Below are positions 11,857 to 24,612 of a stretch of DNA of 64,000 bases, one piece after another. Both the position numbers and the translations under genes were made by a program. Each line of letters begins with the position of its first letter. Position 1 is the stretch's first letter. The DNA is from Octopus vulgaris (Eukaryota). The DNA is taken from contig OX597815.1 of assembly GCA_951406725.2 (NCBI GenBank), forward strand, positions 116,002,001-116,066,000, written 5' to 3'. The notes under the pieces were generated by a model, which saw nothing but the letters and a program-made list of their open reading frames with translations, had not been told where the DNA came from and searched no databases.

Positions 11857-14800
11857 TTCAGTGGTTGAGCTAAGACACAGGAAATGTGTGTTGGTGAGAT
11901 AAATATGCATCAGCAAGTTTGATTATTTTCAAACTGTAATCATTGAAACAAGAAAGGTCTATTATATGATTATTTATATTTGAAATAGTAAGTCTCAATG
12001 AGGACAACCTTTTAAGACATAAAGATAATATGAAATGAAAGGCAAAGACTGCACTTGAGCTGGAAATTGTCCACTTGTCTGATAGAGCAATCTTTGGAAA
12101 TAATTCTGTTCAATTTCCTGTAAATGGAAGGGCTCTGTATTTCATTTATCTGCCAAAGCACAAGAGAAATCTAAATCAAACTCTCTTGACATTCAAGTAG
12201 TTAGGATTGATTCTCAATAAAGCTGGATGGTATAATGGTCTCCATCTATTAAAAATGATTTGCTCAGTGTAGCCCTTGAAATAGTTTTACCAGTTCAAAT
12301 ATTTCCTCTAAAATGTCCAAATGTTTCTTTTCTCTAGTCACAGTTGTTGTTGTTTAGCTCCAGGCCACTTTTTGTCAAGCAGGCCTATGATTGAAGGCAT
12401 TCCAGTTATGACCATCCCATTTTTTAGAGCCATGTTGGATTATATTACCTAATAAGTTCTGTTCTCATTTATAATGATAGAATATACTTTGAAGGAAATT
12501 TGACTGCTATTTTTGGCAGGACAAATAACCATGCAGAAGTTTATTTTTTGCCTTAGCACAGTTTTCAATTGTATTACTTTCTTATAAACATTTTTATATT
12601 CTTTTTTTAATTCTTGTTCTGAAAATGTTCACATGCATAAATATTTCGTCACTGGATATCTTTTTCTTCAACTACTTCTCAAGGTTTATCAATGTGTAAG
12701 TTTTTGTTTAGTAGACACTTGTTTGTCAAACCCACTTTACTAGAGGATTAATTCTGAATATTCACATAGGTGCATACAATGTGACAGAGAATATTTATGG
12801 GTTTAACTGCACCAAAGCCAAATAAGACCAACTAGGTTAAAATCACGATCTTTTGGTTATTAGATCCGTGCTCTAACTAGGAGTTATGATACTTTAATTA
12901 TTTTAATGCAAGATAATTTATTTTTTATATCAACTTGATGTTTGGTTCTATTTCTTTGTTGGTTCATGTTAATACAACCCATTACTGGCCCATTACTCCT
13001 AGTGACTATTCTGTTATTTTTAACTTCAAATGTAATTAATAGTTATGAATTCAACTTTTAATATTTGAAAGCATTCCAAAATTTCCCAATTTTATCAATT
13101 TTTTTTTTATATATATAGGGAATGTAAAGATATTTTGTAATGGAATTTCACAAAACCATAGTCCTTTTTAAGATCCCATCATGCAGATCTTTTATGCCAT
13201 TTAATAATGTAGTTAAACTCTTTTGTTATGAATTACTAAGTTTTCTGGAAATGAAGAAATTATTAATGAATCCTTTCATTGACATGTGAATGAATAAATG
13301 AAAAGGGAGTGACAAATATTATGTTCACTAGAGCAGGGACAGGTGCATTGTTGTTTGAAATGCTTTGAATTTGTTGGCACAATGAAACACTAATATGAAA
13401 TGCAGTATTATTGAATGATTTCATTTTTGTTATTCTATGAGATTATTTCTGTGTATGATGGTTGCATGGTGAGAAAAATAATGGTAAAAAAAACTGTCAT
13501 TGCTTGGTGGTATGGCCATGTTATAAGTGAAGACAAGTTTCAGAAAATTCCCAATTCACTTCTTTACAACACTTTGTTATTTTCTTCTATACATGATAAC
13601 TATTATTAATAATTTCATTAAATATTAATCATAGGTTGAACAATAAGAGAAACTAGTAGAGCAGTTATTTTTTTTCATTTTCTTTTTTCTTTCCTCTTTA
13701 TTTGTTTCAGTGAAGGAATTTTTTAAATTTAAATTATATTTCTTTAAATTATCATTTTGTTTTTATGATTATTTTGTATTTTCTCATGTGTATCAAACTT
13801 CAAGCATAATCGAGGTTAGCTGCGTTATAATTCAAACCATTTTGGCAACATTGTCAACTCTTAGATTTATTTATGGAAACATATTCAACAGACTTGGATA
13901 TTTTAGTGGTGATTCATCAACATTTTGATATATAATACATCAATCAGAAAAATGTTAAGCATTGATGGTATGTGATTCTCTTTATTAGAATAATTCCATT
14001 TTCAAACCACTAGACATACTGACATATTGTCATATATTAACTAATATTTGTTGATAATAGAAATTAAATTGCTTTGTTTATTTGTTGCCTTGAGTGATCC
14101 ACAAGACATTCTTGAATATGCTTAAAATGTCTATTAAAAGCAAATGCTTGAGAACCAGAATTATATGTCTATAAATAAGAAAATTTCCATATCACTTTTT
14201 TTTAATGTCTGGCTTTTCATATTTCTCATATAAAGCAGGTTCTGCCATATTTATAAAGAAATCCAGTTCAGATGTTAGAGTATGAGTTATTAAAGGTTTT
14301 ATTTTTATGGTTATATTTCTCATAAAAAGAATCATATATAAGCATCAAGGAAAAAAACTTTTACAATGATTATTTCTGATATATATATATATTTTCAAGA
14401 TTCTTTGCATTTCCCTTTTTATGAACAAAAATGTAATATCGAAGAAATTTTGAATTTAATTTTGTCTATGAAAATAGGTTTTAAAAAATTAAATTATAAT
14501 ATGTTATATATATTTGTAAAACTTTTTACACACCCTACTCCAACAAACCAAATTACATCTCTACATCTCTTCTCTTCCTCACATTTCCTCCTTCATGCAC
14601 TATGCTTAACACTCACTCCCCAATCCTATCTTTGTTGTCCTGTTTCCCTGTATCATTATTATCCAGTAGATCCCGCCCCCATACTCTAATCACGCTTCTT
14701 TGGCAATGTTTTGCCACTTATATTATGACCTTTGAACCTCAATGGTATGCCCTGGCACTTGCCACCATCTATATATCTTTCTTCCTTTACTCCACCATCC

Positions 14801-14939
14801 CATGTGAGTATGCCTGATACTTTGCCACCATCTGACTCCTGTTGTCTCCCATTCACCCTCTCCTTCTCCTGCACTTCCCTCAGGTTGGGTAACCATGTAT
14901 CTCCTTTACAGCAGCACACCTGTTTCTGTCCTCATTCCT

Positions 14940-14941
<2 letters not shown>

Positions 14942-15019
<78 letters not shown>
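14942..15019. repeat. (TC)n microsatellite, about 78 bp, between two degenerate direct repeats
   Basis: Direct reading; ggtaacc(a/t)tgtatctcc...tacagca on both sides; explains the ERERER and SLSLSL ORFs. Confidence 0.95.
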
Positions 15020-15022
<3 letters not shown>

Positions 15023-15159
15023 AGGTAACCTTGTATCTCCCCTACAGCAAGACATCCATTTCTGTCTCTCTGTCTTACTATAACCTTTCATCTTCTGACA
15101 CAAGATCATCTCCTCCAATGCCCCCTCCCCTCTTAAAAGAATTTTGCCTTGCAAGTTAC

Positions 15160-15467
15160 CCGGTGACGTTGTCAGTGGAGGTGCCACTTAAAAAGTATCC
15201 AGTTCACACTGTAAAGTGGTTGGCATTTGCAAGGGCATCCAACTGTAAAAAAACTTGCCAAATCTGACCTAGCCTGTGCTTGTGCCACATAAAAAGCACT
15301 CAGTCCACTCTGCTGGGTGGTTAGTGTTAGGAAGGGCATCCAGCTGTAAAAATCCTACCAAAACAGACACAGAAGTTTGGTGCAGACTTCTGCCTGGCCA
15401 GATCCTGTCAAACATTCTCACCTATGCTAGCATGGAAGCTAGAAGTTAAACAATGATGAAGATGATG
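15160..15467 (+). mobile_element. RTE-type 3' tail repeat (internally duplicated)
   Basis: gtgccac.taaaaag...gtggtt.g..tt..gaagggcatcca occurs twice; ends gctagcatggaa...gatgaagatgatg, matching the RTE 3' ends at 17750-17919 and 63090-63268. Confidence 0.7.
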
Positions 15468-15488
15468 GAGATTAATTTTAGTACCTAC

Positions 15489-15858
15489 TTTTCCATGCTT
15501 GCATGGTTCAGATGGAATTAAGGCAGATTTGCTACAGCCAAATGTTCTTCCCATCACCAACCCTCACCTATTTCCAAGCAAGGTAATATTTCCGTTTTTG
15601 CTGAATATTGGAAATAAATGACACCGATTGTATGACAGTGACACTTACTTACAACTAACACAATATGTCAAGATAAGGTAACACAAATGCATGTGTTCAT
15701 GCACACACACACACACACACACATGATGTGCTTCTTTCAGTTTCTGTATACCACGTCCACTCGCAAGGCTTCGTTTTGTCAGCCTTGGGCTTTAGTAGAA
15801 AATGTTTTACCCATGATTGTAGGTGGGAAGCAAACTTCTTAACCACATGGCTGTACCT
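15489..15858 (-). mobile_element. tRNA-derived SINE (RTE-like tail)
   Basis: ttttccatgcttgcatgg...tttccaagcaaggtaatatt...(CA)n...cttctttcagtttc...gggaagcaaacttcttaaccaca; tail-to-tail with the preceding element. Confidence 0.8.
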
Positions 15859-16502
15859 ACCCCTCACAAATTCACATCCTAAATTAATTATGATAAAGCT
15901 TGTGCTCAGAACTGTCCAGTTTCAGATTATCAGGCTTGCATTCAGTTTTGGACATGTCTAATTCTGAATTCATAAATTTGCTGTAGGTGTTTCTTGAACA
16001 AGGTCTTTATCTCTCAAGCATTCAAACTCCACCTTATTGTTTGTAATTATTGTTCTTGTTTATGACATTCATATTGGCATGGGTCCTTTAGTTTGTTTTA
16101 GTCAGCATGGTTAAGGCTTTGATGAAGTGCTATCTTCATCAATGATGTTTTATATAAATTTGAACATTTACATATTGTCAGAGGAAGTGATTTTACACAT
16201 GTATAATCTGTTATAAGAAAACAGTGTTATTTGTGATCATCAACCTTGTACAGGACAAACAGTTTTGTGCCTTCTTTAAATGTATCAAGGTTTGAACTAT
16301 ATGGTCAGTAGTCAACACATTCATCTACTTCTTCTCTGTGAAACTTATTAAATATTTATTAGATGTTTTACTGACTATTTTTTCAAATTTATTTGATATG
16401 TTTTCTTGAGCCCTAGGGCTCATAAGACCAGTTACCCAGTTTCCATAGAATAGAAGTGACTGAAATCACATTCCCCTTGAACAGGATGCAATTTTGAGGG
16501 CA

Positions 16503-16672
16503 GGGGACAAGTCAATTACATCAGCCCTATTACTTGACTGGTACTTTATTTTATTGACTTTAAGGGGATGAAAGGAAAGTTGACCTTGGCAGCAATTGAA
16601 CACAAAACATAGTGCTGGAAGAAATGCTGTTTAGCACTTTGACATGCTAATGACTTTGTCAGCTTGCTGCCT
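16503..16672 (-). mobile_element. Second tRNA-derived SINE family
   Basis: ggtactttattttattgac...ggatgaaagg.aagttgac is the reverse complement of the core seen at 24500-24540. Confidence 0.65.
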
Positions 16673-16970
16673 TATTTGTTATTACTACTTATAAAAAAAA
16701 AAATGTTTAAAAAGAAAAAAAAAAAAGAAAGATTTATTTTAATTTGACACATCTTTTATTTATTTCATGGAAATTATCTGTCTGAATAGTTACTCTAATA
16801 GTAATTATCATCTCCACTATATAATTTCAAACCTACATAGCAACGTTTTTTTTTTTTTTCATGAGCTTAGTTTTGAAACAAGCATCAAACAACAAAAATA
16901 TCCTATTGTCTCCAACCTAATATGAGATGAGCAGTTTGCCATCTTCTTTAAATAGTCATATCACCATTTT

Positions 16971-17919
16971 AAACCTGGGTCGAGGTGGTGAAGCACGACC
17001 TTCGAACTTTAGGTCTCACCAAGGAAATGACCAGAGACCGAGACCTTTGGAAGTATGCTGTGCGTGAGAAAACCCGGCAAGACCAGTGAGAACAGTCAAA
17101 ATCAAAATCAAACCAAATCAATTCATATATCAGAAAGCAGAACCAAATTGAGGTCGATCAACATCAGGGCCCCCGTGCAGGTGACACGTAAAAGCACCAT
17201 CCGTTCGTGGCCGTTTGCCAGCCCCGTCTGGCCCCCGTGTCGGTGGCACGTAAAAGCACCATCCGTTCGTGTTCATTGCCAGCTTCGCCTGGCCCCCGTG
17301 CCGGTGACATGTAAAAGCACCATCCGTTTGTGGCTGTTTGCCAGCCCTGTCTGGGCCCCGTGTCGGTGGCACGTAAAAGCACCATCCGTTCATGTTCGTT
17401 GCCAGCCTTGCCTGGCCACCGTGCCGGTGACACGTAAAAGCACCATCCGTTTGTGGCCGTTTGGCAGCTCTGTCTGGCCCCCGTGTCGGTGGCACGTAAA
17501 AGCACCATCCGTTCGTGTCCATTGCCAGCCTCGCCTGGCCCCCGTGCCGGTGACACGTAAAAGCACCATCTGTTTCGTGGCCGTTTGCCAGCTCTGTCTG
17601 GCCCCCGTGTTGGTGGCACGTAAAATCACCATCCGTTCGTGTCCGTTGCCAGCCTCGCCTGGCCCCCGTGCCAGTGACACGTAAAAGCACCATCCATTCA
17701 TGGCCGTTTGCCAGCTCTGTCTGGCACCTGTGCGGGTGGCACGTAAAAAGCACCCACTACACTCACGGAGTGGTTGGCGTTAGGAAGGGCATCCATCCGT
17801 AGAAACACTACCAGATCTGACTGGGCCTGATGAAGCCCTCCAGCTTCAGACCCCAGTTGAACCGTCCAACCCATGCTAGCATGGAAAACGGACGCTAAAT
17901 GATGATGATGATGATGATG
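16971..17919 (+). mobile_element. Young 5'-truncated RTE-clade LINE (ORF C-terminus, expanded 3' UTR array, (GAT)n tail)
   Basis: Begins KTWVEVVKHDLRTLGLTKEMTRDRDLWKYAVREKTRQDQ*, homologous to 62670-62790; CpG-rich; ends ccatgctagcatggaaaacggacgctaaat(gat)n. Confidence 0.9.
17168..17750 (+). repeat. Tandem array of alternating 62/61-bp units (123-bp higher-order repeat)
   Basis: Unit starts (ggcccccgtg-like) at 17168, 17230, 17291, 17353, 17414, 17476, 17537, 17600, 17661, 17723; shared core cacgtaaaagcaccatccg. Confidence 0.95.
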
Positions 17920-18819
17920 CTCATTAATTTACCACTACCAAGCAAAACTATTTATATATAATAAACCTCCTGTGAAGATTGCAATGATTTCTTGGACACA
18001 AGGTCATATACTTATGATATTTTGGTAACTGAATACTTGTAGGCATTTATTTGATCACTACTTTTTCTGCCACACCACTACCTTCTTTATGACAAATAAT
18101 AATTTCATAACAGAGATACAAGGTCACGTTTTTGGGGGGCTGAATGTAGAAGGGTAGAACTAAATATGGCAAGATATTTTTTCCAATATTCAATTAACTT
18201 CTGTCATCTACATCCCTTTCTATGATAAATAAGGAAGACAGTGTTTTTGTATTTTTAATGTTTAATTAAGCTTTAAGCCTTAGGCAAAATGACAACTTTT
18301 TAAATTCACTTTAGTGTAATTACTTATAAAATATTTAATTTAGAAGCAGTGTTTGAATTGGCTGTGTAAAAGAAGTCTGGGTTTGTTTACAATTTAAGAA
18401 TGAATATTTATTATTGGTGTATAGACATTGCTTGTAGTCCTTTAACATATACTTCTTGCTTGATAGAGTAATTGCACATTCAAAACAGTTTGTGATTGTT
18501 AGATAAAAGCCAGTCTTCATACAAATTAATGTAATATATGAAAATATTTTCCTAACAAGTTTATGTTAATGTTATCTCTTGATTTTCTCTTGGTTGACAT
18601 TAGGAGTCATTCCTATGTAATATCAGTTAAAAATTCAAATAGTGGTGTCAATTTAGTGGATTTTTATTTTTACATAAGATTTTCCCCCATAGATTAATAG
18701 TTTCTGTAAAATTACATTGTTGACAGTATTTTGCACAAATTTGTTAATTTCAATTTACAGAGTGGTCATTAGGAAAGCATCACATTTAAGTAATAGTATA
18801 ATACATTCCAATACTATAT

Positions 18820-19303
18820 CTATTCATTCTTAATGTTCTGGGAGATTCCAATGTTAATATCTAATCACTGCTGTTTTTTTTTTTATCACCAGAAAACCAC
18901 TCCTTCTTTTAGGCAATGTTTGTTCATAATACATATGATTCACTGGTTCACTGCTGTACAGGGACTTTGAGACACAGCAGTGTTTTGACCTTTTTGTGCA
19001 TCACTTTAGTTGCAGTAACTTCATGACCAGACAAATGGTTTCCACAAGAGCATGAGCTCTTGTTTATATGAATCAGCAAACAAAGTATTTGCTAATGTGT
19101 GTAAATGTCTGCCAAACATAATAATTTGAAGGGTGCATGCAGAATAGAGAGAATCCAAGCAATAACATAACTATTCATTCTTAATATATTCTGGTAAATT
19201 TGAACATGAATATCTTATCACTGATGTTTTTCACCAGAGGAAAATATCTCCTCCCTTTAGGTGGTGTGTATTCACAACACATGATTCACCAGTGTAAAGG
19301 GGA
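18820..19303 (+). repeat. Old local direct duplication (about 18820-18965 and 19171-19303)
   Basis: Both copies read ctattcattcttaat...aatatct.atcactg.tgttttt...tcaccaga...tttagg...atgattcac; offset 351 bp. Confidence 0.75.
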
Positions 19304-20257
19304 TACATTCCTGGTGGCAAAAATGAAACCAATGGTTACTAGCTTCACCACATTAATCCCTCTGTCCCTCATTGCATTGTATGCATCCCATCAGCATACA
19401 GGTCAACTACTTTTATTTTTACTTCAATTTTTTTTTTTTTGCAATAATTTTCTTTTCCACACATTCTTATTTCCTTTTAGCTAACAGTATATATTCTCAA
19501 ACTGTTTTGTTAATCCCTTTGAAGGAAAGACTTTTCTTTTCTCATTCATTCTACTTTTCTTTTGGGTTACCTATAATCTTGCTTCTTTGAAACTGATATG
19601 TTTTTTCCTTTTTATTGTTCTTATGAAAGACTGATTTAATCTTTCATTAACTTTAATTCTGCCTTACATTTTCTCCCCTCCTATGTTCCAAAAATGTAGG
19701 TTGTACCTGTTAATCTGAGAAACACTACCTGGCTGCTTTTCATTGCCTTCAACTTATTTCATTTTGTCACTAAGTTTTATTTGGTTAATCTGAGAAAACT
19801 TACTGTACTATGACTAAGGTTTTTAAATTCCTGATCAAGCATTTCAGCTGTTGCTATAAATATTGTGTAACCTTATTAATGAAATCAAGGTACCAATAGC
19901 ATATTTACATTAAAATGTGATTCCACATAGATAAGCAAAGGATGAATAAAATAATGTTGATGATATGTAGTTGCTTCTTTGATTAATACATTAAACCTTT
20001 TGATTTAATTATAAAGTGTGTTTGAGCAAATGTAAACTATACTCTCAATTTTTTGTCTTCAGTCTTTGGTTAGTTCAGAATTTTGGCTGTTTATGAAAAT
20101 GCAAATCATCCTAAGACCTTTATTAATTTTTAGATTTTTTTCACTAAGTCATGTTGCTCAGTTTTCTGTTCAGCCATATTTTTATCTCATCTTGATTCTA
20201 TCTTGACAAACTCTTTCATCCTAGCTCTTGGTTCTACTATCTGCTATTCCTATAGAT

Positions 20258-21230
20258 CAGTGGTTTGCAACCTTCTTTGGCTCATAATCTTTATTTGAAC
20301 CCAAATTACCTCTTTCTCCCTACACTTCACAGATGCTTTTAGTTATAACAAACTACTTTACCATTTGCAATGTATATCAATCAAGGCTGCATCACAAAAC
20401 CAGTCATTCTATTAGCTTACAAAAAATATTTCCTTGCAGATGAAATTGTATATTAGCAAATAAAATTTTATAAATACATAAAGCTTATAAAGACTTTCCA
20501 TAAATTAAATTTATTTTAAAAAATCTTAAAAACAAAATAAATAGTAACAAAATAATATGATTCGTTATTCAGTATGAGCTTTGTTGTTGATGTAATGTGT
20601 TTCAGTAGCTAGCTACAGTGTTAATGACAATTGGAGATTATTTATAATCTTAGCTTCTCATAGTAGGTAAGTTTACCTTCCTCAGTTTTAACAAGGTAAG
20701 AAGTTATAAAAACAATAACATACAATTTTTCGTTTAGAGAAGTGATAACTGCCTATCAGTTTCCCTGCTTTTCCATTAATTATGTTTTCCAAGTTTGAAT
20801 CTAACTCCGTAACTCAATGAGGCTTCCCTGTAATGTTATGTCAACACAAGTTGCGTTTATCCAAATGGCTCCACTGTTCAGCCAGGAATGTTCATCAACA
20901 AGTTGCTGAACAAAATTTCTATATCAAATACTCAACAAAATTTCTATATCAAATATTCAACATAGACAAAAAGATTATCAGTGAAAAATTTCTATATCAA
21001 ATACTCAACATAGACAAAAAGATTATCAGTGCGAATGGTATCTAATGCTAGAAACTATATTCACTCATGGCATCCTGTATTATTAACTCTGAGTTTTTCA
21101 ATGAAAGCAGTAATAGCTTCTTTACAAGATATATAATTACAGTTTTCTCCTTGTAATTGTTTGTTCTGCAAATCAAGCTTTTGAAATATATGTGAGAGAA
21201 AATGTTTCACATCTAGTGGCAACCAACTGT
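20258..21230. mobile_element. Possible degraded hAT-like DNA element
   Basis: Left end cagtggtttgcaacc resembles hAT termini; weak possible right end near 21215-21229; no clean ORF. Confidence 0.3.
20912..21031 (+). repeat. Tandem duplication (25-bp partial unit plus two units of about 48 bp)
   Basis: aaaatttctatatcaaata(c/t)tcaaca occurs three times; tagacaaaaagattatcagtg occurs twice. Confidence 0.9.
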
Positions 21231-21795
21231 TCATGAAGCTGCTTACTATTCAGAAGTGCTACTATACTGTTCTAAAGTGTTACTAAGTGGTGAAGTCAAT
21301 TACAATGATCCTTGCTTAGAAGTCAACAGTAAATTTTCTTCTTCTTCTTCTTCTTTTTTTTTTTTTTTTGGTACACTACAAATTGGATTTGCATTTCTTG
21401 TTATAGAGCAAATGGTCTCACATCTGAAAATGCTGCTATACTTGTGACACCTTGGTTTTGTAATATTGTCTGGTCATGGAAAAAAAATTGCATAGGTCAG
21501 ATATTCTGTGGAATATTGCCGACATTTTTTTCTCCTTCACAATAGCCATTAATTGTCTGTAAAAGCAAGGAAAATATAAAAATGAACAAACAAAACTCTA
21601 AGATTACTAATCCATTTAAATCATTAAAAATATAACAATGAAAGTATGTTAGTGGTTAACCCTTTAGTATTTAAACTGCTATATCCAGCTCAAATATTCT
21701 AACAGTTTTATATCCAAATGGACCAGACCCAGCCTCTCATATCTACCCTACAATGTCTTAAAAATAATCATATATCAAAATCTCAAATTTGAGAT

Positions 21796-23468
21796 ATCAT
21801 CATTTAATGTCTGTTGTCTATGCTGGCATGGGTTAGACAGTTTGATCAGAGCTGGCAAGCTGGGAATCCGCACCAGACTCTGATCTGATTTGGCATGGTT
21901 TCTACAGATGGATGCCCTTCTTAATGCCAACCACTTGAGAGTGAGCTGGGTGCTTTTACCTGGCATTGCACAGGAACTTTTATGTGATACCACGCTGGCA
22001 CTTTTATGTGGCACCTCCTGGGAGCTTTTACATGGCACCACACGAGCGTTTTTACATGGCACTGCACAGACACTTTTGTATGGTATCACACAAGTGCTTT
22101 TGCATGGCACTGCACAGGCACTTTTATATGACATCACCACAAGTGCCTTTCACCACCGGAGGGATAGGTCTTAGCACTTCTGCTGTGGAGTACAGGTCTT
22201 CTTGAATACAGCAAGGCATCTCAGTTCTTCGTCATCTTACCTGATAGGTTCAATATCCCGAGGTCGTTCTTCAGTTTTTCATCCTATGTCTTCTTGGGTC
22301 TCTCATTTCCACATGTTCCATCTACCGTGAAAGATTGGCACTTCTTTACGGAGCTGTTGGCACCCATCCGTATCTTAGAACCAAACCAGTGCAGTCTTCT
22401 CTCCTGGACACAACTAGCAGTCTGTTGAACATGTAGACTTATGTTACATATCAAGTGGAGCATTCTAGCCTCATTCCTTTCCAGCCTTTGCATGTCCTCT
22501 GCATTCTGGGCCTACATCTCACTACCATGTAGAATTGCTGTCCATATACATGCATCATACAACCCTCCTTTCATTCAGAGGGAGAAACCTTAATGGCCAA
22601 CAGAGGTAACAGCTCTAAATTCCCTCCATCCTATTCTTATTCTAGCCACCACATTCTCCATGCATCCTCTCCTGCTACTAATTTTGGCCCATAGGTAGCG
22701 GAAATTATATACTACCTCTAATGAGCCACCTAGAAATTTGAGAGAATTAATTTCCCGATCTCTAAGTTTTTATGGATCCTGTGCATCTTCCACATATAAA
22801 AACCATTTTCTCTGATTACCATCCTATTAATCCACTGCATCTTTTGTGTGTCCATATATTATGTTGGATACACTGTACCAAGTATAATATATGGACACAC
22901 AAAAGATGCAGTGGATTCCTGTCTATGCCTTTCCTACAAATCAAACAGGGCCAACTACCTGAGTGGGGTAGGGTCTTGTCAGTTTTCTTGCTTACTAGAA
23001 CCTTAATCTTTCCTAATTTAACTTTAAGGCCCTTAGAGTACAGGTTTTGCTTCCACGCTTGGAATTTCTCTTCTAGCTCTGATATAGAGTCTGCTACAAA
23101 GGCAAGATCATCAGCATATAGTAGTTCCCAGGGGCTGTTTATCTTGAATTCTTCTGTTATGTCCCGGGAGGATAATGATGAAAAGGAGGGGACTGAGGAC
23201 AGTACTGATGAACTCCTACCTGTACACGAAATATGTACCCATTAACTTCCACCTTACTGACATCTTTGTACCTGGCCTGTACAGCTTTCACCAGCCTATC
23301 CCTATCTTCCTCAGAGCACTCTGTCGAAGGCTTTCTCTAGATCAACAAATGCCAAGTATAATGGTTTATTCTTAGCTAAGTACTTCTCTTGCAGTTGCCT
23401 GACTATGAAAATAGTGATGGTAGTGCTTCTTCCCCAGACAAAGCTGAACTGCACTTTTTCTAACTTAG
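21796..23468 (-). mobile_element. 5'-truncated, decayed RTE-clade LINE (RT pseudogene plus 3' UTR)
   Basis: Minus strand gives QFSFVWGRSTT..IFIVRQLQEKYLAKNKPLYLAFVDLEKAFDR, ELLYADDLAFVA and MQRLERNEARML; (ATC)n tail at the left end; frameshifts and stops. Confidence 0.9.
21953..22146. repeat. Eight 24-bp tandem units in the LINE 3' UTR
   Basis: ctttta-catggcactgcacaggca-type units; 8-codon periodicity is visible in ORF 21890-22174. Confidence 0.85.
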
Positions 23469-24404
23469 CATTGTAATTGACAGAATACTAAAGGGTTAAA
23501 CTATCGACTACTAAGAAGTAATTTAGAATTTTAAGTTCAGCATATAGGATTTTATATACATATATATAAACATTTGTTGTAGGTTAAACATTGTCATATG
23601 TTTTCTTTCTCACACCCATAACACAATTATGTTATTTTTATATTCTGAGTCTTATTTTTTTTTAATTGTTTTTGTCTTTTCTGAAGAAAGTTTCTGTTGT
23701 CCTTAATAACTGATACTTGGATATAGGTTATAATCATTGAAAGCTATTGTTCTGGAATGTGTATTCTTTCTAACTGACAAACTATCCCATGAAATAACAA
23801 ATGGAACCATCTTTATTTCATAGTTATATATACATTCTTCAAATAATTGTCTAGTTGTCTGTATTTCTGACTCCTGTGGGTCTCAAGTTTTTCTATATCA
23901 AATTTTATTCATATCTATATCTTCATTTTGATACTAGATCCTTCATTAAACATTAATTACTCATTCACCTTATGAAAAGGTGAAATGAGATAAAATATTA
24001 AAATCAAATCTTTAACAAGAAATAAATTGAAACCAAAAGCTTCTGAATGAAAAGAGGTTAGCGACTAACTGTACAGCAAGCAGCGTTGCATTGATTTGCT
24101 CTTTGGGTGTTACCAAATATCTTCATATAATTGTTAAATGGGCTTAGTTTGTTGAAATAAACAAATGCAGTTGGTGTGAGGAGTGGGGGTTGGGGGATCA
24201 ACATTGTGGTCACAGGCTCTTCAGCTAAGTTTAATGAAGTAATGAATGGTAAGTGAAGTCAAGTGTGTGAGACAGTCTGTGGACTGGGTGACAAAAAATT
24301 TGTTTTTATATGTCTCAAGGAGTGCCAAATATAATTATAAGATTGGGAGGGGAACAGTTATATCATGATAAATGTTGATCAAAAACATAATAATTAACTA
24401 GGGT

Positions 24405-24612
24405 AAGGCCATTAACTTGCAGAATCATTAGCAAGTCGGGCAAAATACTTACCGGTATTTCATCAGTCTATACATTCTGAGTTCAAATTCTGCTGAGATT
24501 GACTTCGCCTTTCATCCTTTCGGGGTCAATAAAATAAGTATTGGGGTTGATGTAATCAGCTTAAACACTCCCCTGAAGTTGCTGGCTTTGTGCCAAACTC
24601 TGAAACCAATAA
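24405..24612 (+). mobile_element. Second tRNA-derived SINE family
   Basis: gcagaatcattagca...ttctgagttcaaattctgctgagattgacttcgcctttcatcctttcggggtcaataaaataagta. Confidence 0.75.

Larger units (their letters stand above)
21660..23495. mobile_element. piggyBac-type MITE split by a nested LINE
   Basis: Perfect 12-bp TIRs CCCTTTAGTATT / AATACTAAAGGG, with TTAA at 21656-21659 and 23496-23499. Confidence 0.85.

Noticed and set aside
17168-17750. CRISPR-like regular repeats
   Set aside because: The intervening sequences are themselves repeated (no unique spacers), the context is eukaryotic and there are no cas genes.
17055-17753. Long ORFs of 103-209 aa on both strands
   Set aside because: They are a by-product of a GC-rich 123-bp (41-codon) repeat in a LINE 3' UTR; no domain or splice support.
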